From NCBI GenBank assembly GCA_049322215.1, contig JBMORU010000001.1, positions 452,023 to 516,022 of the forward strand: a stretch of DNA of 64,000 bases, in the 5' to 3' direction. Both the position numbers and the translations under genes were made by a program. The notes below the pieces were generated by a model. It saw nothing but the letters and a program-made list of their open reading frames with translations. It was not told where the DNA came from and did no database searches. Below are positions 38,207-48,600 of the stretch, one piece after another; the stretch's first letter is position 1, and each line of letters starts with the position of its first letter. Source of the DNA: Patescibacteria group bacterium (GTDB taxonomy: Bacteria > Patescibacteriota > WWE3 > UBA101185 > UBA10185).

Positions 38207-38737
38207 CTAATAAACTATTTCAACATTAGCTGGTAAGCCTTGTTTTATAATGTTTAAATCCTGTTCAGAATATGCGTTTCCCGATAAATCTAACTTTTTC
38301 AAATTCTTAAGGTTTCCTAGTTCGTAGGGAAGTCCTGTTAATTTGTTATTAGCTAAGTTAAGTACTTCTAAATTTTTAAGTTGTCCCACTTCTGCGGGTA
38401 CACCAGTCATTTGATTGTTACTTGCATCTAATACATGTAAGTTACTTAGATGCCTTATTTCTGCGGGCAAAGCGCCTGTTAAATTATTGTTTGAAATATC
38501 TAGCACTTCTAGTGAAGTTTTGTTTAAAACATATGAGGGTAGTTTATCGAGATTTTGTCCGCTTAAGTTTAATGTTTCACCATTTGGTTCTTCTTTAGCA
38601 CTATCGTTTAAAGTAGTTGTTGTATTGGCTGGTTTATCTACAGTTTTTTCTTCATTATTTTTTTGAGTTGTTTTTGTAGAAACCAAAAAAAATGCAAGTG
38701 CCCCAATAAGGAGTAGAATTATAATGTTTTTTAACAC
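38207..38737 (-). CDS. Membrane-anchored leucine-rich repeat protein
   Basis: LxxLxLxxNxLxxLP repeats (about 4-5), N-terminal TM. Confidence 0.92.
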   Translation of the reverse strand: MLKNIIILLLIGALAFFLVSTKTTQKNNEEKTVDKPANTTTTLNDSAKEEPNGETLNLSGQNLDKLPSYVLNKTSLEVLDISNNNLTGALPAEIRHLSNLHVLDASNNQMTGVPAEVGQLKNLEVLNLANNKLTGLPYELGNLKNLKKLDLSGNAYSEQDLNIIKQGLPANVEIVY

Positions 38738-38780
38738 GTTTACATTATAGCATCTAGATAAAAGTTCTACTGTGGTCTTT

Positions 38781-39737
38781 TTAATTAATACTTAACGTAG
38801 TTATAAAATCAGGAGTATTTGCATTGTCGGCGGTTGTAACTGTTTCTATATAAATCCCATCAATATTATTTTCAATATCGTTTACTAAATCACTACAATG
38901 ATTCCAGTTAAACTTTGGTTTTTCATTAGTGCATGAAAAGTAGTTTTTATCTGCTAAAACACATTGCTTTGGGTTTAGGGTTACATACACTTTAATATTT
39001 GGATTAATATTTTTTAATTCAGCAGAGGTTCTTTTAACTTGCGTACTAACATTTGTATCGCATTGTTCAGCAATTTGAGTGTGTGTTCTCAAAATTATTC
39101 CATAAGCTTCGCTAATTAGTTTTGCGGTGTCTTCATTTTTTGAAACTGTGTTTAGCTCATCAAGAGTTGGAGAAAATATAAAACTGAAATCATTGCTTTT
39201 TGCATACTGTAAAAATTCTTCAGTATCTTGTTGTTTTATGTACGAATTGTATAAAATTCCTTTTGTACCTAACGATTTAGCTAGTTCTAAATAGTTAGCA
39301 AAATTACCTTTTGGATCTCTTTGTGATAAAAGCTTTTGTGCAACTTGAAAGTTTGTAAATTCTAACCATTTATCTTCTTCTACAAACTGTAATTTAAACA
39401 TTTCTGAAGTAAATTGGTTTTCAGCTTCTGTAATATTATTTCCTTTTATTTTTGCTGTAATAATAAACGGTCCTAAGTTATGTAATATTCCACCACCAGT
39501 ATATGTGTAAGCGTCTACACCCATTACATATTCATAATCCCCTTTGAGGTTAATTTTTGTTGTAGTTGTTTCACTACCTGTTTCGTTTGATTTAGTGACT
39601 TCTGGTGTTTTAACAGCATTACTATAAGAATCATAGTTTATGGCTCTAATTATTAATACAGCTACAAATAAGCCTACAAGTATAAATAGCACAATTAAAG
39701 ATAAATAGCGTTTTTGTGCGCCAACACTAGGTTGCAT
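38781..39737 (-). CDS. Hypothetical membrane-anchored extracellular protein
   Basis: N-terminal TM, Thr-rich linker, 318-aa ORF. Confidence 0.75.
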   Translation of the reverse strand: MQPSVGAQKRYLSLIVLFILVGLFVAVLIIRAINYDSYSNAVKTPEVTKSNETGSETTTTKINLKGDYEYVMGVDAYTYTGGGILHNLGPFIITAKIKGNNITEAENQFTSEMFKLQFVEEDKWLEFTNFQVAQKLLSQRDPKGNFANYLELAKSLGTKGILYNSYIKQQDTEEFLQYAKSNDFSFIFSPTLDELNTVSKNEDTAKLISEAYGIILRTHTQIAEQCDTNVSTQVKRTSAELKNINPNIKVYVTLNPKQCVLADKNYFSCTNEKPKFNWNHCSDLVNDIENNIDGIYIETVTTADNANTPDFITTLSIN

Positions 39738-39828
39738 AACGTAGTTACATTAGACCTTTTAGGAAATTTTATGTCAAGATACTAAAGTTAAATTTCCTTA
39801 AGGCATAATTATTTGTATACTAGTAAGT

Positions 39829-40221
39829 ATGAGAATGAAGTTATTGTTGGTTACTATACTTATCCTATTGGGTATTGGTGTGATTGTTTTAAAAAATACA
39901 GGCCCGGTTGCTACTGCTTTGAGGAGTTGTTATGAATGGGCAGATAATGAATTTACTAAAGACAGGCTTGATTCTGAGGCCTATGGTTGGAGTGATGAAA
40001 AACTTTGTAAAGAAAACTCTAAAACGCTTCAATCTCTCGATTATTGCGTGTTAAATATTGGCCTTGATTTAGATAGAACAGAAAAAGAAGTGAAGAAAAC
40101 TTTTGACTTTATGACCTTTATGCGCCCCAACATTAAAGATACCAATGAACGCAAAGCAGCTCACAATCGTTCTTGTATTGAGTATTCTGAAACATTGTTG
40201 AAGCTAAGAGTTGTTCAATAA
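39829..40221 (+). CDS. Hypothetical secreted protein with four Cys
   Basis: Hydrophobic N-terminus; TATACT 7 nt before ATG. Confidence 0.7.
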   Translation: MRMKLLLVTILILLGIGVIVLKNTGPVATALRSCYEWADNEFTKDRLDSEAYGWSDEKLCKENSKTLQSLDYCVLNIGLDLDRTEKEVKKTFDFMTFMRPNIKDTNERKAAHNRSCIEYSETLLKLRVVQ

Positions 40222-41250
40222 ATGCACATCTCTTTGAGGAAAAGGTATCGTTATGTTTTCTCTTCTTAGTGTTGCATAAATGTCTTTTATTAGCTCGTGT
40301 CTCACTTTTTCTGCTTGGGAGGGATTTGCTACAACAGCAAACGCCTTTAGCTCTATAGAAGATTCTCCAAAGTTTTTATATCGAACAATTGGTTGTGGGT
40401 GTTCAACTACACTTTTGTGGTTTTTTAGTGTTTGAACTATTACATTTTCTGCATGTTCCAAATTTGTGTTATACGCTATTCCAATACTTATACCTATTCG
40501 GAGTTTAGGATCAAATCCGGTTTCATTAATTACTGCGTTAGTTACCATTACACTATTTGGCACTGTTAATAAAACATTGTCTAATGTGCGAATTTTTGTA
40601 CTTCTCATTCCTATCTCTATTACTTCTCCCTTGTACAAGTCACTAAAAATCACGAAATCGCCAGTTTTGTAAGGTTTGTCAAAGAATACAGATATTCCAC
40701 CAAATAAATTTGCAATTGTGTCTTTGGCAGCGAAGGCAATTGCTAAACCTAAAACTCCTGCCGAGGCTAATGCCGGGCGTATATCTATTCCCCAAGAACT
40801 TAGTATTATGAGCAATGCAGCTAGAATTATTGCTAATTTCGTAAGTGTATATAAAAATGGCAAAACATCATTAATTCTGTTTCCTTGCTCTTTTAATGCT
40901 CTTTCTTCTATCTCTTGAAATATAACCTTTGAAACTTTGGTAAAAGCTAGTCCCCATAAAATTGTACTTATCGTAAACAATAAATTTTTGAGTAAGTTAA
41001 GATGATTGTGTAAAAATGTAATTCCGTTGAGCGCAATATAAATACCACCTAAAACAATTGACCAAAAAATTGGACTGCTTACTATTTTTAGTATTTTGTC
41101 ATCAGCTTCTGTTTTAGTTTTTTTTATAAGCTGCTTTAATACGATTCCTGTGATAACATTTGTCAGTACAGCAGTTACTATTGCAAGTAACACAATCACA
41201 ATTGGCTCAAGAAATGGATAGCTTTTTAATATATAAGTAAGTTCACTCAT
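40204..41250 (-). CDS. mscS: Small-conductance mechanosensitive channel family protein
   Basis: GLAIAFAAKDTIANLFGG, DKPYKTGD, GEVIEIGMRSTKIRT, IPFPQRDVH. Confidence 0.95.
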   Translation of the reverse strand: MSELTYILKSYPFLEPIVIVLLAIVTAVLTNVITGIVLKQLIKKTKTEADDKILKIVSSPIFWSIVLGGIYIALNGITFLHNHLNLLKNLLFTISTILWGLAFTKVSKVIFQEIEERALKEQGNRINDVLPFLYTLTKLAIILAALLIILSSWGIDIRPALASAGVLGLAIAFAAKDTIANLFGGISVFFDKPYKTGDFVIFSDLYKGEVIEIGMRSTKIRTLDNVLLTVPNSVMVTNAVINETGFDPKLRIGISIGIAYNTNLEHAENVIVQTLKNHKSVVEHPQPIVRYKNFGESSIELKAFAVVANPSQAEKVRHELIKDIYATLRRENITIPFPQRDVHLLNNS

Positions 41251-41264
41251 TAACTAAATAATAC

Positions 41265-41567
41265 ATGTATACAAAGGGTTTTTACAAAGGACAAACAAAC
41301 GAAGAAATAAAAGAGGAAATAATGGCTGAGGGTTTTGTTCCAGTGAAAATAACAAATTCCTCAGGGTATGTTTATAATGCTCATTCACACTCAGAGACTA
41401 AACTGCTCGCTTTTTTGCAAGGGGGTATGGAAGTTCGTGTAGAAGAAAGCTTTTTTAAGTGTTCTGAAGGGGATAAACTAGTTATACCGGGCAACAAAGT
41501 ACATTCCGCAATTGTTTTATCTGGAGGTTGTGTGTTTTACTGGGCCGAAAAACGGGTTAGTGTTTAG
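41265..41567 (+). CDS. Cupin domain protein
   Basis: AHSH...GDKLVIPGNKVHSA. Confidence 0.85.
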   Translation: MYTKGFYKGQTNEEIKEEIMAEGFVPVKITNSSGYVYNAHSHSETKLLAFLQGGMEVRVEESFFKCSEGDKLVIPGNKVHSAIVLSGGCVFYWAEKRVSV

Positions 41568-41577
41568 TACCAGTGCT

Positions 41578-43305
41578 TTAGTTTTCGTGTAGTGCTTTTA
41601 AGGCGGTTTGAGCCTCAATAAAGTTTGGATTTATTTCTACTGTCTTTTCAAAGTATTCAATTGCTTTTTCTCTATTTCCTCTCTGTGTTTCTATTAGGCC
41701 TAGCTTATATGTACTTTGAAATAGCTGTGGATTTATTTCGTACGACTTTTTTAAATAAGTTTCTGCATTGTCTAAGTCTCCTGCTCTCATGTAGGTAAAT
41801 CCTAAATTATGCATTGCCTCAAAGTAGGTAGGATTAATTAGCAGTGCTATTTGAAATTCGCTCACCGCTCTTTCGTAGTTACCCTCAAGGGCATATACAT
41901 CACCCAGGTTGTTGTGTACTCTTGCCGAGTTTGGTGACGTTTGGGCTGTTGCCTCCCATAGTGACTTTCTTGTTTTCCAATCGGTATTTCTCTTTATTGA
42001 TCTGGCAGAATATGTTACTACCAGCAAAGTCAGTAATACTAAAGTTAGAGCATTATTTTTGGTTTTCTTTTCTAATTTTAGTAAAAACAGCGCTACTAGT
42101 ATTCCAAATGCAATTGTAGAAATATACAAGTAGCGGTCTGCTATAAACCACGCAACCTGAATAGGGCTAAACACAGGACTAATAGCGATAAAAATCATAG
42201 CTATTAGTCCTGCATAGGTTCGTTCGTTTTTCTTCCATAAGTATACAATTAATGAAAACGTTATTATTGTTGCTATGATCATTAGGTTGTATTTAACTGT
42301 AGTTATAGGTTCTCCCTCGTGGTATATAGTTAGGTTTTTTGGGAAAATAAGTAGCTCCAAGGTTTTAAATATAGTGTAAGGAATTGTTTTATATAAAGGC
42401 TCTTGCCTTCCTGCTAAACCACCGGTTAGTTCGATTTTTGACTGTAGTACACTTTGCAAAAAAACTAGCAGTAGGGGAATGCTTAAAAACATAGGGCTAA
42501 TTTTTATAGCAGATTTTATATTTATCTTTTTTTCTAAAAATAGCTGATCAATTAAAAGTATTAGAAAAGGAATAACCAATGACCAGGGATTTTGACTTAT
42601 AAGCAACATACCAAAAAAAAGTATTGTAGGTGTAACGGGCCATTTGTATGCTTTTGTATTTTTGTACCAAACATATGAAATTGCCACAATCAAAAATGTT
42701 GTTGCGTTGGTTAAATAGTTTATAGCCGAAATCCAGGAAACCGCTTCTGTGTTTACTGGGTGTAGTGCAAATATTAACGATGTAATCATAGCAACTCTTT
42801 TTCCAAATATATTACTTACTAAAACAATTACTAAAACAGTGTTTAGTATGTGTAAGCATAGAGAGAATAAGTGTAAAGGCAGTTGCTCTGTTCCAAATAA
42901 ATTATAAAAAAGGGAATAGATAATATTTTGTAAGTTAAATTGGCCAATACTTTGTGGATATTGTTTTATGCTTGGGTTATTTACAAATCCGGGTATATCG
43001 TCTGAAATAAATTCGCCATTAAGTGCAACGGCATAAACAATTAAGCAGAAAACAACCAATATAGTAATGAAGTCTATGTTAGCCCTGAAAAACTGTAAAA
43101 AGTCATCTGCGGTTTTTAGTTCAATCGCAAGATTTGAGGCTTTCATGTCGTTTTTGTATGCTGTAATTTTTGTGTCTTTTCCTAATTTTTTTAGATATGC
43201 CTTAACACTTTCTTGTGGAAGTTTAGTTTTTATAGCCAATTCTTCTAAAGTGAATTTACTGTAATTTGTTCTTATAAACTTTTTTTGACCTTTTGTAAGT
43301 TTCAT
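41578..43305 (-). CDS. TMTC-like GT-C glycosyltransferase with C-terminal TPRs
   Basis: FISDD, IFALHPVNTEAVSWIS, ADRYLY, RNTDWK..LW, TPR repeats. Confidence 0.9.
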   Translation of the reverse strand: MKLTKGQKKFIRTNYSKFTLEELAIKTKLPQESVKAYLKKLGKDTKITAYKNDMKASNLAIELKTADDFLQFFRANIDFITILVVFCLIVYAVALNGEFISDDIPGFVNNPSIKQYPQSIGQFNLQNIIYSLFYNLFGTEQLPLHLFSLCLHILNTVLVIVLVSNIFGKRVAMITSLIFALHPVNTEAVSWISAINYLTNATTFLIVAISYVWYKNTKAYKWPVTPTILFFGMLLISQNPWSLVIPFLILLIDQLFLEKKINIKSAIKISPMFLSIPLLLVFLQSVLQSKIELTGGLAGRQEPLYKTIPYTIFKTLELLIFPKNLTIYHEGEPITTVKYNLMIIATIITFSLIVYLWKKNERTYAGLIAMIFIAISPVFSPIQVAWFIADRYLYISTIAFGILVALFLLKLEKKTKNNALTLVLLTLLVVTYSARSIKRNTDWKTRKSLWEATAQTSPNSARVHNNLGDVYALEGNYERAVSEFQIALLINPTYFEAMHNLGFTYMRAGDLDNAETYLKKSYEINPQLFQSTYKLGLIETQRGNREKAIEYFEKTVEINPNFIEAQTALKALHEN

Positions 43306-43342
43306 TAATATTAATTTTAGCAAAAGTTTCTATGATAGTATT

Positions 43343-44824
43343 TTGTGCAGAGTTTTTGATAAACTTGCTTTAGTGTTTTTAACAAAACCTCGGTTGTACA
43401 TTTTAATAGTGTTTTGTATTTTTTTGCTTTTGCGCTTACCTGGTTTAGGTACCGATATTTCAAACTCTGATTCACTGCGCTGGCATAGAAGATCTGAAAG
43501 ATTTTTAGACGCACTAAAACAAGGGGATTTCAAACAAACATATCAGCATTATCAACCTGGTGTTACATTAATGTGGGTTAATTCTTTTGTTAAACAGGTA
43601 GGCTTTTCATATCAACTTACGTATACAGATACCCCTAAAACGCTAGAGAATGCTGATTGGTTTCCTATAATTCATGGTTTTTCTAAGGCAGTATTAGTAG
43701 CTTTTAACGCTATGGTGCTTGTATATACTTTTTATTTGATTAAAAAATTATGGAACTTTCAAATAGCCGCTTTTTTTATTTTCGTTTTGGCTTTAGAACC
43801 TTATGTTATAGGAATAGATCGGTATTTTCACTTAACTTCCCTTGAAACTTACCTTAGTTTTGCCGCTTTTTTATCTGCGTTGGTTTGGTATAAAAACAGC
43901 GCACGTAAGTATTTAATACTTTCTTCACTTTTTTTAACACTCTCTATTTTGGCAAAAACCTCTACGGGAATAACCTTGCCTATTTATTTGGTTTTATTTG
44001 CACTTAAGTTTATTAAAGAAAAAAACTATGACTTTTTATATTTTGGGATTTCTACCTTTTTCTTTGGATTTTTATTTTTTCCGGCATTTTGGGTAGATTT
44101 TATTTTTGTTGTGCAAAAGTTAGTTTTTGGTGTAACTAATGCCATATCTGATGATTCTCGAAACTTTTATACTGGATACTTTTCGTTTTTCTTTTATCCC
44201 TTAGTTTTGTTTTTCAAAACTTCGCCAATATTTTTTGTTTCTCTTATATTTAGCCTTGTAACTTTAGTTAAAGATAGAAAGACATTTAATAATAAAATGC
44301 TTATTTTTTACTTTCTTTTGTATTTTATTTCTTTTTCCATTTCAGTAAAAAAAATAGACAGGTATAGTTTTTCACTAATAATTCCGTTGGCTTTATTTGT
44401 GGCTCAAACATTTTCTAAATTAAATTTAAGGTCTCAAAGGCTAATAATTGCGTTGTACGTGGTTTTTAGCTTTTGGAGTATAGTTACATATTTTCCTGTA
44501 TTTTCGGCATATTATTCTCCTTTGGGGGGAAATTCTTTAGCAAAAAGGCTTAACATTTTTGATAACAGTGGAGAATATTTTGCCCAGGCTGCTATTTATT
44601 TAAACAAATTTGGTAGGGATGTGGTTGTGTATGTTCCACATAATATAGAAACTTTTTCACCGTTTTTTAAAGGCGAGTTATCACGCAGCTTCACCTTAAA
44701 TACTGATTATATTGTTGTGTCTTCAAACAGATTAAGTACAGTTCCGCCTGAATGTGGTAATCTTCATACCACCTTTGGGAATTATCTTTCGAACGAAGTA
44801 TTTATTTACGAGTGCTACAATTAA
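43343..44824 (+). CDS. GT-C (family 39/PMT-like) membrane glycosyltransferase
   Basis: Multi-TM; NSD..W, QPGVTLMW, LEPY, KKIDRY; start uncertain. Confidence 0.8.
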   Translation: MCRVFDKLALVFLTKPRLYILIVFCIFLLLRLPGLGTDISNSDSLRWHRRSERFLDALKQGDFKQTYQHYQPGVTLMWVNSFVKQVGFSYQLTYTDTPKTLENADWFPIIHGFSKAVLVAFNAMVLVYTFYLIKKLWNFQIAAFFIFVLALEPYVIGIDRYFHLTSLETYLSFAAFLSALVWYKNSARKYLILSSLFLTLSILAKTSTGITLPIYLVLFALKFIKEKNYDFLYFGISTFFFGFLFFPAFWVDFIFVVQKLVFGVTNAISDDSRNFYTGYFSFFFYPLVLFFKTSPIFFVSLIFSLVTLVKDRKTFNNKMLIFYFLLYFISFSISVKKIDRYSFSLIIPLALFVAQTFSKLNLRSQRLIIALYVVFSFWSIVTYFPVFSAYYSPLGGNSLAKRLNIFDNSGEYFAQAAIYLNKFGRDVVVYVPHNIETFSPFFKGELSRSFTLNTDYIVVSSNRLSTVPPECGNLHTTFGNYLSNEVFIYECYN

Positions 44825-44827
44825 CCT

Positions 44828-45385
44828 ATGGATCCTGAAACAAAGCAAAAACCAAGTGCAGTCGCAGAATTATTCGAAACTTTTATAGTCTCTATAGTTT
44901 TACTACTTATAGTGTATTTAGTATTAGCTTTTCCGGAAGTTGTATTTGGAGCAAGTATGGAACCCACTTTAAAAACTGGAGATAGAATTTTGGTCGAGCG
45001 CGTTACCAAAAGATTTAATGGGTTACAACGTGGAGATGTGGTAGTTTTACATCCTCCTGGTGATGATGACGTTGATTACGTTAAGCGCGTGGTGGGTATA
45101 CCTGGAGATATTTTTAAAATTGATGACTGCAAAGTTTATATTACGCGTGCGGGAGAAAAGTATGAACTTGACGAACCCTATTTAGCATTAGAAACTTGTA
45201 CTAGCGGAGGAGATTCAATTAAAGAAGGTAGAGCCTTAAAGTTAGAAGAAGATGAGTATGTTGTGCTAGGAGATAACAGAACAAGGTCAGTTGATTCCAG
45301 GTCTTTTGGGCATATTACAGAGGATCGTGTATTGGGTAAGGTGCTTGTAAGGTTTTGGCCGTTAAATAAGTTGAATGTTTTTTAA
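44828..45385 (+). CDS. lepB: Signal peptidase I
   Basis: GASMEPTL, YVKRVVGIPGD, LGDNRTRSVDSR. Confidence 0.96.
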   Translation: MDPETKQKPSAVAELFETFIVSIVLLLIVYLVLAFPEVVFGASMEPTLKTGDRILVERVTKRFNGLQRGDVVVLHPPGDDDVDYVKRVVGIPGDIFKIDDCKVYITRAGEKYELDEPYLALETCTSGGDSIKEGRALKLEEDEYVVLGDNRTRSVDSRSFGHITEDRVLGKVLVRFWPLNKLNVF

Positions 45386-45488
45386 ATAATTAAAGAAATT
45401 TAGTGTATTGATCCTCTAGCATATTTTCTGTAACATTTAAAATTGCAGTAACATATGCTGTTTAACTAAATAAGTTATTCAATAATTG

Positions 45489-45517
45489 TTGACACTGACT
45501 TTGTGCTGTGATAATGT
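45489..45517 (+). promoter_or_regulatory. sigma70 promoter of rpoBC
   Basis: TTGACA-17-TAATGT with extended TG. Confidence 0.7.
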
Positions 45518-45646
45518 TCACCAGCACAATTTAGTTGCGCAACTCTTGGCCAAGAAATTTCCAATAATGTTGCGTTTCCGTCTAGGCAGTGCATAATCAT
45601 GCGCTGTTTGTCAGTATTTTTTTAAAATTTATGAAGGGTCAATTGA

Positions 45647-48600
45647 ATGCGTCACAATTTATCCAAAAGGAAAAATGTCCTGCCACTACCTAATTTATCA
45701 ATGGTTCAACAAAATTCCTATGATTGGTTGCAATCTTACGGAATTACCGAAGTTTTAGAAGAGCTGGGTCCTGTCGAAGATTATACAGGGCGTGGTTGGC
45801 TATTAACTTTTTCTAAACCAACTGTAGAAAAAGAAAACATTTCAATAGATGAAGCGTTAGAATCAGGAAGAACCTATGACGCACCCTGGTATTTAACGGC
45901 TACTTTAGAAGACCCTATTGCAAAAAAGAATAAAGTTCAACAAATATATATGGGTGATATTCCCTTAATGACATCTAAGGGTACCTTTATTATTAATGGA
46001 GTAGAAAGAGTCGTTGTAAATCAACTCACCCGTTCAGAGGGTGTTTTATTTACTGATAGCATTTCTCCCACTACTGGAAAGACTCTAGGTGGTGCAAAAG
46101 TACTACCAAAAAACGGCGTTTGGCTAGAAATTGAAACATCTAGAAACGGTGTAATTAGCGTAAAAATTGATAGAAGAAGAAAACTAACTATAACTTCTTT
46201 ATTAAGAGTTTTCGGTTTAGAAGATGATGACGACATAAGAGATGCTTTTGCTGCAGTAGATGCTGATCCTGAAATTAGCTATATAGAGTCTACTTTAGCC
46301 AAAGATCCTGCATCCTCTGTTGAAGAAGCTGCTATCGAAATTTATAGAAAAATGCGTCCCGGCGAACCTTTAGTTTTAGAAAATGCACAGGCTCTAGTTG
46401 AATCTATGTTTTTTAATCCTAGACGCTATAGTTTAGGAAGTGTTGGTAGATTTAAACTAAACCAAAAGTTAGGTTTGAATTTTCCTAATGAACCTGAACA
46501 TAGACTTTTACACTTAGAGGATTTAATCAAAATAATTGAAAGAATAATATTAATAAACCGCGGTGAAGCAGAAGCTGACGATGTGGATAACTTAGGTAAT
46601 CGTCGCGTAAGAAGCGTAGGTGAATTGTTACAAAACCAAATTCGTATTGGTTTCTTACAAATGGAGAAGAATATTAAAGAAAGAATGAGTTTGCAGCCAA
46701 GAGACGAATTACCCGAACCTTCTGTTTTAATTTCACCTAGATCAGTTACTGCAAAAATTCACAGTTTCTTTGCTTCTGGTCAGTTATCTCAATTCCAAGA
46801 CCAACAAAACCCACTAACATCTTTAGATCATTTGAGACGTTTATCGGTTATGGGTCCTGGAGGTTTAACAAAAGAACGTGCAAGTATGGCAGTAAGAGAC
46901 GTGCACTTTTCTCATTACGGAAGAATTTGTCCTGTACGCACACCAGAGGGTCCAAACATTGGTCTTATCAATTATTTAGCTATGTACGCTCGTGTAAACG
47001 ACTACGGCTTTTTAGAAACCCCATATTTCAAGTTAGAAAAAATGGAAGATGGTAGAGTAAAAGTTACAGACGAAATAGTATACTTGGCAGCTTACGATGA
47101 AGAAGGTATTTACATAACTGATGGATCAGTAAGTGTTGATGAAAAAGGTTTCATAACACAAGATCAAGTTCCTCTTAGAAAAGGTGGGGAATTTACTTTG
47201 GGCGCTGCAACACAAGCTGAATATATTGAAATAGTTCCTCAGCAAATAGTAGGTATTTCTGCAGGACTTATACCCTTTTTGCAAAACGATGACGTAACTC
47301 GTGCTCTTGTAGCTACACAACAAATGTCCCAGGCCGTGCCTTTAATTCATGCAGAAGCACCTATTGTAGGTACCGGTATAGAAGATGTTATAGCACAAAA
47401 TGCAGGTATTGTTATTAGAGCTGAAGAGCCCGGTGAAATTGTTTATGCTGATGCCAATAGGGTTGAAGTTAAATATAAGGGTAGCAATTCGGCAGTAACT
47501 TACAAAACTCAAAAGTACATAAAATCAAACCATGACACCTGTTTTAATCAAATAGTTAAGGTTAAAACCGGTGATAAAGTAAAGAAAAACGATATCTTAA
47601 TTGAGGGTCCTGCTTCTGTAAATGGTGAATTAGCAAACGGCACAAACGTTAAAGTAGCATACATGATTTGGGAAGGTTATGAATACGAAGACGGAATAGT
47701 CATTTCAGATAGATTAGTGCAGGATGATGTTTTAACATCTGTACATATTTCTGATTACTCCGTTTCTGTTTTAGAAACAAAATTAGGCCCTGAAGAAGTT
47801 ACCCGCGATATCCCAAATGTTTCTGAGGAAGCATTAAGAAGCTTAGATGCACAGGGTATTGTTGCTATTGGATCAAAAGTTAAAGCAGGTGATATTTTAG
47901 TAGGTAAAGTTGCTCCAAAAGGTGAGGTGGAACTTTCTGCAGAAGAAAGACTATTAAGAGCTATTTTTGGTGAAAAAGCTAAAGATGTAAGAGACAACTC
48001 ATTGGTAATGCCTCATGGTGAGCACGGTACCGTTATTGGAATTAAAACAGTCACTAAAGATGACAATAACAATTTATCTGCAGGTGTATTAAAAGAAATT
48101 ACTGTTTACACTGCACAATTAAAGAAAATCCAAGTTGGTGACAAACTAGCGGGTCGTCACGGTAACAAAGGTGTTATTTCAGCAGTAGTTCCCGTAGTAG
48201 ATATGCCAAGAATGGAAGACGGAACTCCTATTGATATTGTTTTTTCATCTGAAGCAGTACTAAAAAGAATGAATGTAGGCCAAATACTAGAGGCTCCTAT
48301 TGGACTTGCGGGTAGTAGGCTTGGCAAAAAGTACTCAGTTCCCGTATTTGAGCGTTTCTCAGAAAAAGACTATGAAGATGAATTGGTTGAAGCCGGTTTA
48401 CCTAAAACAGGAAAAATGCGTTTAGTAGATGGTCGTACTGGCGATTACTTTGATGGTGAAATAGTTGTAGGTGAAACGTATTTATTAAAGTTATATCACT
48501 TAGCTGAAGATAAAATGCATGCTCGTTCCACAGGACCTTACTCTTTAATCACACAGCAACCTTTAGGAGGTAAAGCTCAATTTGGTGGTCAAAGATTTGG

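Noticed and set aside
46770-46870. Rifampicin-resistance substitutions in RpoB cluster I
   Set aside because: Key positions equivalent to Q513, D516, H526, R529 and S531 are retained
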